Origin: an uncultured Candidatus Binatia bacterium
GTDB lineage: Bacteria; Desulfobacterota; Binatia; Bin18
DNA length: 64,000 nt
Direction: 5' to 3'
NCBI GenBank assembly: GCA_965200965.1
Contig: OZ241744.1
Span: 2,592,001-2,656,000, forward strand
A program made the position numbers and the translations under genes. The stretch's first letter is position 1; every line of letters starts with the position of its first letter. The notes beneath the pieces were generated by a model. It ran no database searches, was not told the DNA's origin, and saw nothing but the letters and a program-made list of their open reading frames with translations. Below, piece after piece: positions 38,587 through 48,319 of the stretch.

Positions 38587-38626
38587 GGCCCCGTCTCCAC
38601 GACTTCCAGGTTCTCCATGTGAGGAT

Positions 38627-38667
38627 CAGTCCTGTAGGTCGGCTTAGCCGGCAGGCGTAAGCCGGCG
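38627..38667 (+). repeat. GTAG-type REP-like hairpin, copy 1
   Basis: CAGTCCT GTAG GTCGGCTTAGCC GGCA GGCGTAAGCCGGC; 35/38 identical to the 42483 copy. Confidence 0.88.
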
Positions 38668-38673
38668 GCTCCG

Positions 38674-39627
38674 CTACTCCCTGTGTTCGGCGGATGAGCA
38701 GGGGTTTCGGCAGAGATCGGTTGCCCTGGCCGCGGCCTGGGTCCAGTCCTGCACTTTTCCGAATATGTCTGCATCAACATTGTCGCAGAAATCGACAAGT
38801 CGGCAGCGGTCAAACAGTAAACCGGCGTCAACTGACGCGCTGTGCCAACGATTCCGGGGCAAAGCCTCTGAAACGAAGAACAGCCGCACGGGGGTAAGAA
38901 CGGGGGATGATTGCAACCATTTTTTGCAGAATGAATCGGGCTGAAGCTGAGTCAGCGTGTCCTTGTAGTTGGTCCCTGTCTTACATTGGCCGAAAGCAAT
39001 GAGCTTCCCTGGCAGGCCGTCTGTGAAGGATTTCCACACAACAACATCCAATTTTCCATCTCTCTCGTTCGGCCGGGCCTTGTCTCGGTTCACAAAACCA
39101 TCCCCCTCTTTTATTCGTTTGCAAAGATCGTCAACCTTTCCCTGGAAGTCTCTTCCCTCCGCCGCGGTGCCGAAGACAAGGCTCTCGGCGCGGGCACCAA
39201 GGTACTCCCGGGCAACCTCTGCGGCAAGTTCCTCAAAGAGCAATGTCCCATCAATGCCAGCGTGACGCCGGTTGTCTTTCATGTTCAGCCGGGTTGCCAG
39301 GAGCAGATACCTGTAGATGACGTGCTTGCGGTTGTCCGCCTTTTGGGGGGCGCGAAGCGTATAGCCCTCTTGTGTCATCTTGAAGGGATAGCCCTCCCCG
39401 CAACCTTCCTTGCGCTGCTCAATTTCCCGATACGCCTCTTCAGCACCTCGGTCTGTTTCTTCCTCTTCCGGCACGCCGCGAGAATAGTCGTTTTCATCAA
39501 GCCGGCCGAGAAGCCCGGAGAGGGCAGTCATCGACATGCTGTTGCGCTGCCAGGCAAGCAACTCGGCATAGTCGGCCAGTTCATGTTCGGGCGCGCCAGC
39601 GGACGGTTGTCCGGGCCACTTGAACAT
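38674..39627 (-). CDS. Putative Mrr-like PD-(D/E)XK nuclease
   Basis: LLFEEL...DGKLDVVVW...FGQCKTG (D..QxK); coupled to the ParB-like gene (TAATG). Confidence 0.65.
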   Translation of the reverse strand: MFKWPGQPSAGAPEHELADYAELLAWQRNSMSMTALSGLLGRLDENDYSRGVPEEEETDRGAEEAYREIEQRKEGCGEGYPFKMTQEGYTLRAPQKADNRKHVIYRYLLLATRLNMKDNRRHAGIDGTLLFEELAAEVAREYLGARAESLVFGTAAEGRDFQGKVDDLCKRIKEGDGFVNRDKARPNERDGKLDVVVWKSFTDGLPGKLIAFGQCKTGTNYKDTLTQLQPDSFCKKWLQSSPVLTPVRLFFVSEALPRNRWHSASVDAGLLFDRCRLVDFCDNVDADIFGKVQDWTQAAARATDLCRNPCSSAEHRE

Positions 39628-40733
39628 TACCCGTCCTCCGAGACACGCTTTTTCCTTCTGCGAGGTCTCTGTTTGCGTTCCATCTCCTCGTAGAGGTCAT
39701 TCGCAATATCCGCTACCGTACCGGCAACCCTGAGCAGTCCCTCTGAACCGTCATAGCCGGTGGAAAGCAGACCACGCGCCTGCTCAAGCGATTGCTTTGC
39801 CGCATACAGCGCCTCATTGAAAACGGTAGACGACGGACGGCTCTTCTCGTGGGCGGCTGCAAGGCTGCTGCCTCTGCGCAGGGCGGCAAGCGCCTCGTCA
39901 TTGGCTACGACTGCGTCGAGTTGCCGGAGATGCGGATTCTGTGTCTCAATGACAGGAGGCACCTCCTCCTTCTTGCTGCCGTACATCCAACGGCAAAGCT
40001 CGCGGAGTTCTTCCTTTTTCCCGGCAGGAACCGGCTCTGGGTCCTCTTCAGTCTCCGGCCCTAAGCCAAGAAAGGCGCTGATGCCCTCGTAGCCGATCCC
40101 CGTGTACATATGGGAAAATGAAAAATGGTTTCTCCAGCGGTCTTTGCGGCTGAATACCTTCAGCTGTTCGGCTTGTTCAATGACCATCAAGCCACGGAAC
40201 AGCCTATGGACGGTCCTGTGGGTGTCACCAATCTGTGTTGCGATATCTTCGAGTGCAGCACCGAAATTTCTATGCACATCCGCGATGTATTGGGACTTGG
40301 CGTAGCTGCTCCATTTGGCCGGTCCATTAACATGTTTGAAGCCGAGATAGCGCCAAGTGTCTTCGCGGGTACCTGATATTGTGGGAAGCTCTCTCAGCGC
40401 TTCCCTGACATCTTTCGTGACGGGAGGAACGTCCGCTCTCAAGTCCTTGGCAATGGTGGGTTCGAGGAGAACTTTGACCGCGGCGAGACGACGGTTTCCC
40501 TCAATAACAATGTTTTTCCCCTTCTCCTGCGCCACGATCAGGGGTTCGTGGCGAAAGAATCCGCTGGCTGCGATCGACAGGACCAACTCGTTCACGTCCA
40601 TCGCGTCCCATAGAATCCGTATCACGTCTGCCTCTGTCGAGTTGCTGGTCAGATCAAACTCACGAAGCCGAGGGTTCTTGAGATCGAACACCAGTTCCGA
40701 GACGTTCATGGGGGTGATGTGCTCGGTCTTCAT
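39627..40733 (-). CDS. ParB/Srx N-terminal-domain protein
   Basis: FDLKNPRL, VIEGNRRLAAVK and HVNGPAKW; coupled to the MTase (ATGA). Confidence 0.8.
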   Translation of the reverse strand: MKTEHITPMNVSELVFDLKNPRLREFDLTSNSTEADVIRILWDAMDVNELVLSIAASGFFRHEPLIVAQEKGKNIVIEGNRRLAAVKVLLEPTIAKDLRADVPPVTKDVREALRELPTISGTREDTWRYLGFKHVNGPAKWSSYAKSQYIADVHRNFGAALEDIATQIGDTHRTVHRLFRGLMVIEQAEQLKVFSRKDRWRNHFSFSHMYTGIGYEGISAFLGLGPETEEDPEPVPAGKKEELRELCRWMYGSKKEEVPPVIETQNPHLRQLDAVVANDEALAALRRGSSLAAAHEKSRPSSTVFNEALYAAKQSLEQARGLLSTGYDGSEGLLRVAGTVADIANDLYEEMERKQRPRRRKKRVSEDG

Positions 40734-41605
40734 GGCATCTTCTTCCCTAAGTCGGTGCGGTCTGGCGGGCGGACATGCGGTGGCAGAATCACCAACTCCT
40801 GCGCGCGTTTCTTGTGCTGAAGGCTGTACCGAAGCGCAACATGTGAGAAGTCACAGGTCCGGTACAGGGCACGAATGAACGGGGCATCATCGTAGGACAT
40901 GATCCATTTCAGGCTGACCCGTCGCAGCATGGAGCGCGCAAGCTTTTGATGGTCGTCCCGGTTGGTATAGGAGTTCCGGTACAGGCGATTGCCGCCATTG
41001 GCGTAGTAGGGCGGGTCCAGATAGGCGAAGACCCGCCGGCGCGCCCGGCCACGCGGGAGAGCGTTGACCAGAAATGTGCGGGCGTCCTCGTTCGTGATAT
41101 GAATATGGTCACGTTGCAAGGCGATGGCTCGCACGCGCGCCGCAAGCGTCTCCCGATAAAACCGCGCGTCAAGCCGCCATTTCCCCGCTTGCGCATAGCC
41201 GCCAATCGGAGCGGAGCCGAAGAGGATGCCAGAGCGATTGCAGCGGTTCAGGTAGAACACAGAGAAGCCCACGGCAAAGGGCGTCCTGGCGTCGGCGCGT
41301 GTGCAGATATCCTGTTGCTTCCGCCACTCCGCCATGCTGAGTGGAACAGACAGGATCGCCTCGACGAAGCGTTCCGGCTCACCAAGAACCGCCTGCCAGA
41401 ACGCCGTGATACGCGGGTCTGCGTCGTTCAGACGCAGTCCAGAGACAATCCCCTCCCCCAACAGGCGGAGCGCGGCCCCTGCGCCCCCGGCAAACGGCTC
41501 ATAGTAAACGCAGCCGGACAGGTCGTTTGCCGCAATGACCTGCGCGAGGAACGGAGCCAGCGCGGCTTTGCCGCCTGGGTATCTGAGCGGGCTGGTGAGC
41601 GTCAT
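40730..41605 (-). CDS. Dam-like (D12 class, alpha) DNA adenine methyltransferase
   Basis: SPLRYPGGK, EPFAGGA, YLNR and YLDPPY; AGGAG SD. Confidence 0.95.
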   Translation of the reverse strand: MTLTSPLRYPGGKAALAPFLAQVIAANDLSGCVYYEPFAGGAGAALRLLGEGIVSGLRLNDADPRITAFWQAVLGEPERFVEAILSVPLSMAEWRKQQDICTRADARTPFAVGFSVFYLNRCNRSGILFGSAPIGGYAQAGKWRLDARFYRETLAARVRAIALQRDHIHITNEDARTFLVNALPRGRARRRVFAYLDPPYYANGGNRLYRNSYTNRDDHQKLARSMLRRVSLKWIMSYDDAPFIRALYRTCDFSHVALRYSLQHKKRAQELVILPPHVRPPDRTDLGKKMP

Positions 41606-41674
41606 GCTCCTCCTGTCTTCCTGCGCTGTCCATCACAGTCAGCAGAAAAAAGAACGCCCTCCGTGCAACGGCCC

Positions 41675-41708
41675 GGAGGGCGGATGAGCGAAGCGTCATC
41701 CGCCCTGC
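41675..41708 (+). repeat. GGAG-type REP-like hairpin, related copy
   Basis: GGAG GGCGGATGAGC GAA GCGTCATCCGCC; same architecture as the 38627 and 42483 copies. Confidence 0.8.
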
Positions 41709-41712
41709 TCCC

Positions 41713-41862
41713 TTACTTCTTTCTGCTGCTTGTCATCTTCGGCGGCTTAGGAGGCGGTTTTTCGGGGGACAGCTTGCTCTTCGTCGGTTGATATCCTTCC
41801 CTAAAGTGTCGCCTGGGTTGAGGGGTGTTTTGTCTCTGGTCGGGTTTGTCATGCTTACTCAT
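41713..41862 (-). CDS. 49-aa basic Pro-rich peptide, not in the ORF track
   Basis: MSKHDKPDQRQNTPQPRRHFREGYQPTKSKLSPEKPPPKPPKMTSSRKK; AGGAGG SD; overlaps the stop of the upstream gene. Confidence 0.7.
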   Translation of the reverse strand: MSKHDKPDQRQNTPQPRRHFREGYQPTKSKLSPEKPPPKPPKMTSSRKK

Positions 41863-42466
41863 GTGTTTCCTCCTGAGGGGTATAGGCCCAAAACTCTATC
41901 GTGCTGATCTCTCCAGCGGCGATGAGTACGCCTCTCTCATTGGTCGAAGACCAAGTACCAGTATCGTCAATATCATAGACCCACTGAATATACATATCGC
42001 GCTCGCCAGGAGTGGAAGAGGTGAAAGATTGCGAACCGTAGAATCCGGCGAGACAAGTCCCATCTCTGAGTGTCACACGAACCCATTGTTCTTCCCTACC
42101 GCCGAACTTCCAGTCCCAGGCGGTCGGTGTGGCATGAACAGGGTACAGACCGAACCAATTGAGGAGGCGGCGAACAAGGCCTTTCTGGATGGTGATCCCG
42201 AGGAACAGGCCGAAAACGACAGGGCCGACGAAGACCAGGCCGAACCAAGCCCACATTGATTGCTGTAGCAGTGCGGGATCAACAAAAGGGAGAACCAGAG
42301 CACCATAGACGACAGAAACAGTCAGGTAGGAAAGAAGCGCGGCGGTGTTGCTGTCGGACGGCCTTCTTGTGGTGATGAACTGCGACCTGACAAACAGGGC
42401 AATAAAGCCAGGGACGATGCAGGGCAGAATAAGGTAGAGACTATTGAGGGATAGCAATTTAGGCAC
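41855..42466 (-). CDS. DUF6338-like membrane protein
   Basis: IVPGFI, 3 TMs, PTAWDWKF, WVRVTL.DG and G.LI...EI..IEF. Confidence 0.75.
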   Translation of the reverse strand: MPKLLSLNSLYLILPCIVPGFIALFVRSQFITTRRPSDSNTAALLSYLTVSVVYGALVLPFVDPALLQQSMWAWFGLVFVGPVVFGLFLGITIQKGLVRRLLNWFGLYPVHATPTAWDWKFGGREEQWVRVTLRDGTCLAGFYGSQSFTSSTPGERDMYIQWVYDIDDTGTWSSTNERGVLIAAGEISTIEFWAYTPQEETHE

Positions 42467-42572
42467 GGGTCAATATCCCTTCCAGTCCTGTAGGTCGGCG
42501 TAGCCGCCGGGCGTAAGCCGACACAATGAAAAGACTCCCAGCCTGCTGATAGCTACCGGAGATGCACGGCAT
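42459..42572 (-). pseudogene. Possible truncated gene start (MPCISG...) running into the REP-like hairpin
   Basis: ATG overlaps the 3' end of the upstream ORF; after ~16 codons it enters the hairpin and ends at 37 aa. Confidence 0.4.
42483..42522 (+). repeat. GTAG-type REP-like hairpin, copy 2
   Basis: CAGTCCT GTAG GTCGGCGTAGCC GCCG GGCGTAAGCCGAC. Confidence 0.88.
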
Positions 42573-42825
42573 GAGAGAAATATCCCAGGTCTACCGGCTG
42601 GGTGGTGATTGTCTGGACCGAGAAAAGCCCGTCCTTGTAGAAAGTTCTGCCGGTCAGGACCGCATCCCGGGCGGTGGTGTAGATGCCGATGACCTCTTCA
42701 TGGCGCATGAGGGCGTGCCGATTCTCATATTTTCTCAAGCTCGGCAGGAGGCGTTTGAAGGCGTGATAGTTCTTTTCGATTTCCTCCAGCCGAGCGGCGT
42801 TGTCCGGGACTTCTTTGTTGCCCAT
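42553..42825 (-). CDS. Small hypothetical protein (DUF5678-like)
   Basis: NY.AF..LLP.L....HAL......G.Y....DA...G; CAGGAGG SD. Confidence 0.65.
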   Translation of the reverse strand: MGNKEVPDNAARLEEIEKNYHAFKRLLPSLRKYENRHALMRHEEVIGIYTTARDAVLTGRTFYKDGLFSVQTITTQPVDLGYFSHAVHLR

Positions 42826-42893
42826 TGTGTCCCTCCTGTTCATTCTGTTCGTCTCTCCTCAAAAAATACCCCAATCCGATCGCCGGCGTCAAT

Positions 42894-45800
42894 TCAGAGG
42901 CGGATGTCGGCGTCGGGGTGGCCGGCGGCCAGGGCGTTGAGCCAGGCGAGGCACAGCTCGCGCGAGCGATAGCGGCCCCAGGTGGCGGTTTCCTGGCGTT
43001 CGACGATGGGGAAGGTGGCGTAGATGTAGCGCACATCGTTGCGGTCGGTGAGGCCGTAGAGGTGGAAGAAGACGGCGTCGAGCTTGGCCCGCAGGTGCAG
43101 CCGGCGGTCTTCGTCCCACACGAACGGCGGCTTGACCCGCCCGGCGGCATCGACATGGCCGAGGTCGCGGGCAAACGGGGCCATGTCGTGGGCGGTGTAG
43201 GTCAGCTCCAGCACAGCTTCCCGCACAATCTCGCCGGCCGTCTTGGTACCGAAACGAACGGTGCCGTAGGTTGCGGGTGGCATGACGGGGAGCTGTTCAA
43301 CGATGTAGTAATTTAAACTGGTGCTATGAATTTTCTGACGGGTGATGAAGTCGAAGATCGTCGAGTTGAAGTTTGCTATCAGCAGCCATTCCGTGCGTTC
43401 GGAAGTTTCCGGGTCCGCTATGAGGAGCGGGGCTTTGTTCCCCAAACCGACAAAAGGGACTGCGGCAGCGATCATTGTTCAAGCGTCGCTGGCGCGGGCG
43501 ATATCCCTAAATGTGACTGTCCATCCCGATCGGTCCGGCAACTTCACTTTGTCGGCGAGAACCCAATACTGTGGTATAGGCATGAAATTCGGGTCAGCCT
43601 TCTTATCCGGTGCAATCCCCCCGCTCAGGGCCGGATTGTGAAGGTTTTGCTCGTTTACTTTGACCGACGCGGCTCGGTGGTCAAACTGATGAATCATCCG
43701 ACCGACATACAGCGGCACCCACTCCCCCGACGGGCTACGAAAGCGGTTGCCGCCGACCGGATACGCGCCTTCTTGCTCCTCCAGTTCTTCGAGCGTGCGG
43801 AACAGGTGGGAGTCGTTGGTCATGTCAAACATGCGGGTGTATTTTACCGGCCACGCCTTGAGCTCCCGGCCCGCTGAACGGTCTACCAGGACGGGCAGAC
43901 GGCGGTAGATGGCCGTGGTCAGTTCGGCGTCCCGGCGGGTGCGGAAGATGGGCGCTGTGCCGGTGTTGGGGTTGACGCTGGCGAAGTCCTCCGAAGCCAG
44001 CGGAAAGCGACGGGAGGCGTCGTTCAGTTCTGACACGTCCTGGAGGAAGAACGCGCACTGGGCCGGAGCGTCGGACGGCGAGCGTCCGGTGACAAAGGCG
44101 CAGAACTTGAACCGCGAGTCCACATCCGGGAAGAAGGGCGGCGCGGTGTAGCGCGTGCGGCGGTTCTCAAAATCGTACAGCGTACGCAGCCGGCCTTCGG
44201 TTGCGACTGAACGGAAGAAGGGGGCCGCGGTCTTGTCTGAGGCAATACCGGACGGGACGAGCAGGCCGACGAGGCCGTGTGGCTTGACCAGGGCCAGGGC
44301 GCGTTCGACAAACAGCGCGTACAGGTTCACATCGCCCCTGGACAGCAGGGGGTAGTCGCCGCCGGTCCGGGCCATGCGGGCGGTAGACTCGGCCCGGGCG
44401 TTGGCCCGCTCAAACGCGCCGGCCAGGGGGTCGCCGTCGTCCTGCAAGGCGGCGATCATGCGCTTGCGGTCGTCGGCGCGCTGGGCGTGGGCAATGGCCG
44501 GCCGGCGGGCCGCAAACCATTCGACCTGCTGGAGCTTGATGCGGTCCCAGGGCGGGTTGCCGATCACGGCGTCAAAGCCGCCCTGGCGTTCGGGCCGCTG
44601 CCAGTCTGACCACACCCCGGGAAAGGCGACCTGCCAGTGCAGAAATCCCTCTTCGGCGATGAGGTCCCGCGCGCGTGCCAGGAGGGCGGCAAAGCTGGCG
44701 CTGGCTGGGTGATCGTCCCGCGGCTCGGTGGCTTCAAGGGCGATCTGGATCGGGTCGCCAAGCCGGCCCTCAGTAAAGGCCCGGACCGCGGCCCGCTCGT
44801 CCTTGGCCTTCAGGTTCAGCCAGTCCAGGGCGTGGCTCAGGGACAGAAAGGATGCGAGCGGGGCGGTGCTGGCCTGCATGTCGTCGAAGATGTGGGCGGA
44901 GCGGTGGGCCTCGGCAATCTCGGCGTCGGTCAGGGCCTCAATCTCCTGCATCTGGGCGGCGGCCTGGGTGGCCTCGTGAAGTTTGGGGGTCAGGTACAGG
45001 GCACTCTCGCCGGTCATCACCCGGTCAATGCCCTGGGCCACCCAGCAGCCGAACAGGCTGTTGCCGCAGCGCAGATGATGGTCCAGGAAGCTGAGCGGTG
45101 CGCCGACGGTAAAGGTGTGCAGCCACAGCGACACCTTGGCCAACTCGACCGCCATCGGGTTTTTGTCTACCCCGTAGACGCAACGCTTGAGCACCATGCG
45201 GCGGACAATATGGCGGTCGTCCAGTTGCTCAGGGTCAATGCTCCAGCCGTGTTCCTCGGCGTTGGCGGTGATGCGCTGGCGAATGGCCTCAATGCGGTCG
45301 CCGAGCCGGCCCTCTTCAGACGGATCGTCCTCCTCGTCGGCCATGGCCGCAATCACCCGGTCGGCCAGATAGTCCACGAGGCTGACCAGAAAATGCCCGG
45401 AGCCCATCGCCGGGTCACATACCTTGAGCTCCAACAACTGCTCTGCGCTGCGGCCCCTGACCAGCGGCTCAAGCGTCTGGGTCAGGATCAGGTTGACGAG
45501 CGTATCCGGGGTGTAATAGCTGCCCGAGCCTTTGCGGGCGAACACATTGGGCCGGACGAGAATCTGCCCGCCGTCGCGCACAATCTCGTGCTCAAGCAGC
45601 CGCTCATAGATCGAGCCGAGCTGCTGCACACTCAGGTCACGGTAGTTGATGTAACGCCGGCCTTTCACCTTCCGGTCGAGGGCACGTTCACTCCTTTCAA
45701 ACGACAGGGTGTCAATCACATCGGCCATAAGCTGATCGCCCAGCCGGATACGGGCCAGCAGCGGCGTGTGCTCCCGGTCGAACAGCCCGCCGTTATAGGC

Positions 45801-46865
45801 CGGCAGGCCGATTGAGGCGTCGCCCCGGTCAAGGGCCCGGCACAGGTCGTCAAGGGCTGACCAGTAGCGGGCCGCGCTGGCGGAGAAAGTATCGTCCCGG
45901 TCCTTGCGCCGGCGCACATCTTCGCGCACCCGCTCGCGCAGGCCGTAGTCGTCGTAGCGCGTGTCGCGCACCGGCAGCAGGCTGCGGTCTTCGGCGTACA
46001 GAATGAACAGCAGGCGGTAGAGCAGGGTCAGGGCGGCGTCGCGCACTTCAGACAGGGGCGTGTCTGGCGCGGCGGCGTCGGCAATGGCCCGGGCCAGCTT
46101 GGGAAAAACCTGCTTGAAGACCAGCTCGGACAGGTCGGCGGCCACCCGCTCTTCATAGAACCGTCCCTGGTCAAGCGCGCGCTGGTGCAGGCTGGGCCGG
46201 TCCGCGGTGGCCACAAAAGCGTCCCGCCCGAAGAAGAGGGCAAACAGCTTGAGGCAGTGCCGGTCGGGGCGGAGCGCCGCGGTCAGGTCAAGCTCAAAGA
46301 ACTGCTCGGACACCGACCGCGCGCCGGCATAATACAGCCGCCATTTTGCGCCGTTGGTGAGGATGCCCCAGCGGAGCCGGCCGTCGGTCAGGTCGTCTGC
46401 CCGCCGCAGATAGCGCAGCATCTGGGTTGACGGCGCGGTCCGCTCGCCGGCCCGGTCCGAGCGGCGGTCGAGGGGCCGTTGCCAGCGCTTGGCCTCCAGC
46501 ACCGCCAAGCCGAATTGATAGCGCTGCCATTCCTGGCCGAAGCCGTTGGCCCGGTCCTTGGCCGCGGCGTCGGCGAACAGCAGGCCGTCGGGCACATCGT
46601 CCCGGCCCTGGGCGCTGAGGTTCTGCTGTCGCAGGCTGGCCGTCCAGCCCAGCCGTTCCAGCACCGGCCAGATCAGATCGTCTTCGGTCTGGCTCTCGTT
46701 GGGGCTCTGGCCGGTCGGAAAGCGCTCAACGACCGCCTGCAACTCGCCGGCCAGGGCGTCGAGCCGGGCGTCCTCAAACGCCTGCCAGTCATCGAGCCGG
46801 GCCACCGACCCGGTGAGAAAATCCCAGGCGAACAGGCTCCCCCGAACAATGCCTTCAATACTCAT
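42894..46865 (-). pseudogene. Type IIG (Eco57I-like) fused REase-MTase, split by in-frame TGA at 43479-43481
   Basis: PDGLLF..LEAK nuclease, GSYYTP, DPAMGSGHFL and GNPPW; ORF 42894-43475 continues in the same frame (GCT TGA ACA ATG). Confidence 0.85.
45665..45696. repeat. Partial family 1 element, in frame in the type IIG gene
   Basis: TCACCTTCCGGTCGA-GGGCACGTTCACTCCTT vs TCGCCTTCCGGTCGATCTGATGACACGTTCACGCCTT; encodes RSERALDRKV. Confidence 0.7.
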
Positions 46866-46870
46866 CCGCC

Positions 46871-48061
46871 TCAAGATACCGCCAGGCAGGTTTTTGCCTT
46901 GGGAAAACTCTTGACCGCTTCAAAGAAGGCCGTGTCTGTGATCTCTGTGGCCCACTCAAGCCGGAGACGAATGCGGTATTTTCCTGTCTCGCTTTTCTCG
47001 GCAGCAACAGCGCGCAGGCTAAGGAGCTGATTCACATCCCGGATGAGGGCTTTAGCAGGACTCTTGAGCTGAAAATAGTAACGGTCAACCGCATTGATCA
47101 GTTGGTCAAGCTCTAAGGAATCTCGCTCCAACAGCACTTCAAGAATTTTGAGTTGCCTCTTCGCCAGGACTCGTTTTCTGTCGCTTTCCAGGTGCTTGAA
47201 GAGATCGTGCATGACATTCCGGTACAGGGCTTTGGAGACATTGCGCCTGATTTCCCTGAAAAGTCGCTGGCATTGCCGGGCGATCCCTCTCAGGCCAAAG
47301 CGCAGGAAGGGGGTCAGATCGTGTGCCCTTTCTCTGGCCTCTTTGAGAGTTGCAAGATAGGTGTCTTTCTCGTCGTAGTAATAGTTTGACATGGCTATAA
47401 AAAGCTTGTCACGCCGGCCGGCCCGCTGAAGCATCAACGCCTCAACTGCCCGTGCTGTCCGACCATTTCCGTCAAGGAACGGATGCAGAGCGGCAAAGTG
47501 GTAATGCAGAGCGAGCGCCTGGATAAGAAGATCATACTCTGGAAATTCTTTCTCCACGGCTTTCATAAGACTCGCAAACACTCGCTCACACTCTGCACCT
47601 CCTTCTACTCCCCTATGCCGGAGTCGGCCAAACGTCACATTCTGGTCTTTTCCCCGGAGCACCCCTGGCGGGCAGTGATCATCATCCGCTCCAGTGACGA
47701 TCCGCTCGTGGATAGCCCGGATCAGATTGACGCTGATCGGCCTGTCGTCCGGGAGTGAGGCGATCCACTTATACGTCTTGACCGCAGCATGGGCCTGTCG
47801 CTGAGACCGGGTAAGTAATTGCTCTGGAGTTTCCTGCAATGCCTCTTCCAACTCATCTTCGGTAAAATCGGCCCCCTCAATACGCGAAGTCCCCGCAACT
47901 TCCCGCTTGAGTTGAATCGCCTGAAGTTCCTCCACCCAGCCGCGTTGGAGCGGCATTGTTCGCAGAGAAAGAACGCTGGCCTTGGCGTCTGTCAGAACAT
48001 CTACCAGCGCGCCGGCGTCGTAACACAGCCAGCGCGTCGGCCGCGTGTACAGAATAGCCAT
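46871..48061 (-). CDS. Fic family protein (class II) with probable C-terminal wHTH
   Basis: HPFLDGNGRTAR catalytic motif; TSRIEG inhibitory-helix motif. Confidence 0.93.
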   Translation of the reverse strand: MAILYTRPTRWLCYDAGALVDVLTDAKASVLSLRTMPLQRGWVEELQAIQLKREVAGTSRIEGADFTEDELEEALQETPEQLLTRSQRQAHAAVKTYKWIASLPDDRPISVNLIRAIHERIVTGADDDHCPPGVLRGKDQNVTFGRLRHRGVEGGAECERVFASLMKAVEKEFPEYDLLIQALALHYHFAALHPFLDGNGRTARAVEALMLQRAGRRDKLFIAMSNYYYDEKDTYLATLKEARERAHDLTPFLRFGLRGIARQCQRLFREIRRNVSKALYRNVMHDLFKHLESDRKRVLAKRQLKILEVLLERDSLELDQLINAVDRYYFQLKSPAKALIRDVNQLLSLRAVAAEKSETGKYRIRLRLEWATEITDTAFFEAVKSFPKAKTCLAVS

Positions 48062-48200
48062 TGATTTTCCTTTATTTCTGTCCTGTTTCCTGGCAAAGCA
48101 ATAGAATATACCAGAAAATAAATACTTTCCAGCATTATAGTCTGAGCACGAGTATTTTTTATTTTAGCTCATTTCCTTGATATTTCTCCTTTATTGACAC
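48062..48200 (-). promoter_or_regulatory. AT-rich region upstream of fic; candidate island promoter/boundary
   Basis: Abrupt AT richness; TATAAT on the minus strand at 48134-48139; no clear -35. Confidence 0.4.
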
Positions 48201-48319
48201 TGTGTTCTTGGCGATCACCCTTCATTACGGCCCCGCCATCTCCCCCCTTCCTGGCATCTTGTCATGGTCACTGAGGCACAGGTTGATTCGGCCCCCTGTC
48301 CGGCTGCAAGGGAGCGGTC

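Noticed and set aside
38627-42522. Hairpins as integron attC sites
   Set aside because: No RYYYAAC/GTTRRRY boxes recognised, too short, and no intI; they fit REP architecture better.
43479-43481. TGA as selenocysteine or genetic-code reassignment
   Set aside because: TGA is the normal stop for many genes here, and the position is not a Cys-type catalytic site.
42894-46865. BREX PglX or DISARM methylase
   Set aside because: No brxC/pglZ/drm genes nearby; the N-terminal PD-ExK fits a stand-alone type IIG enzyme.
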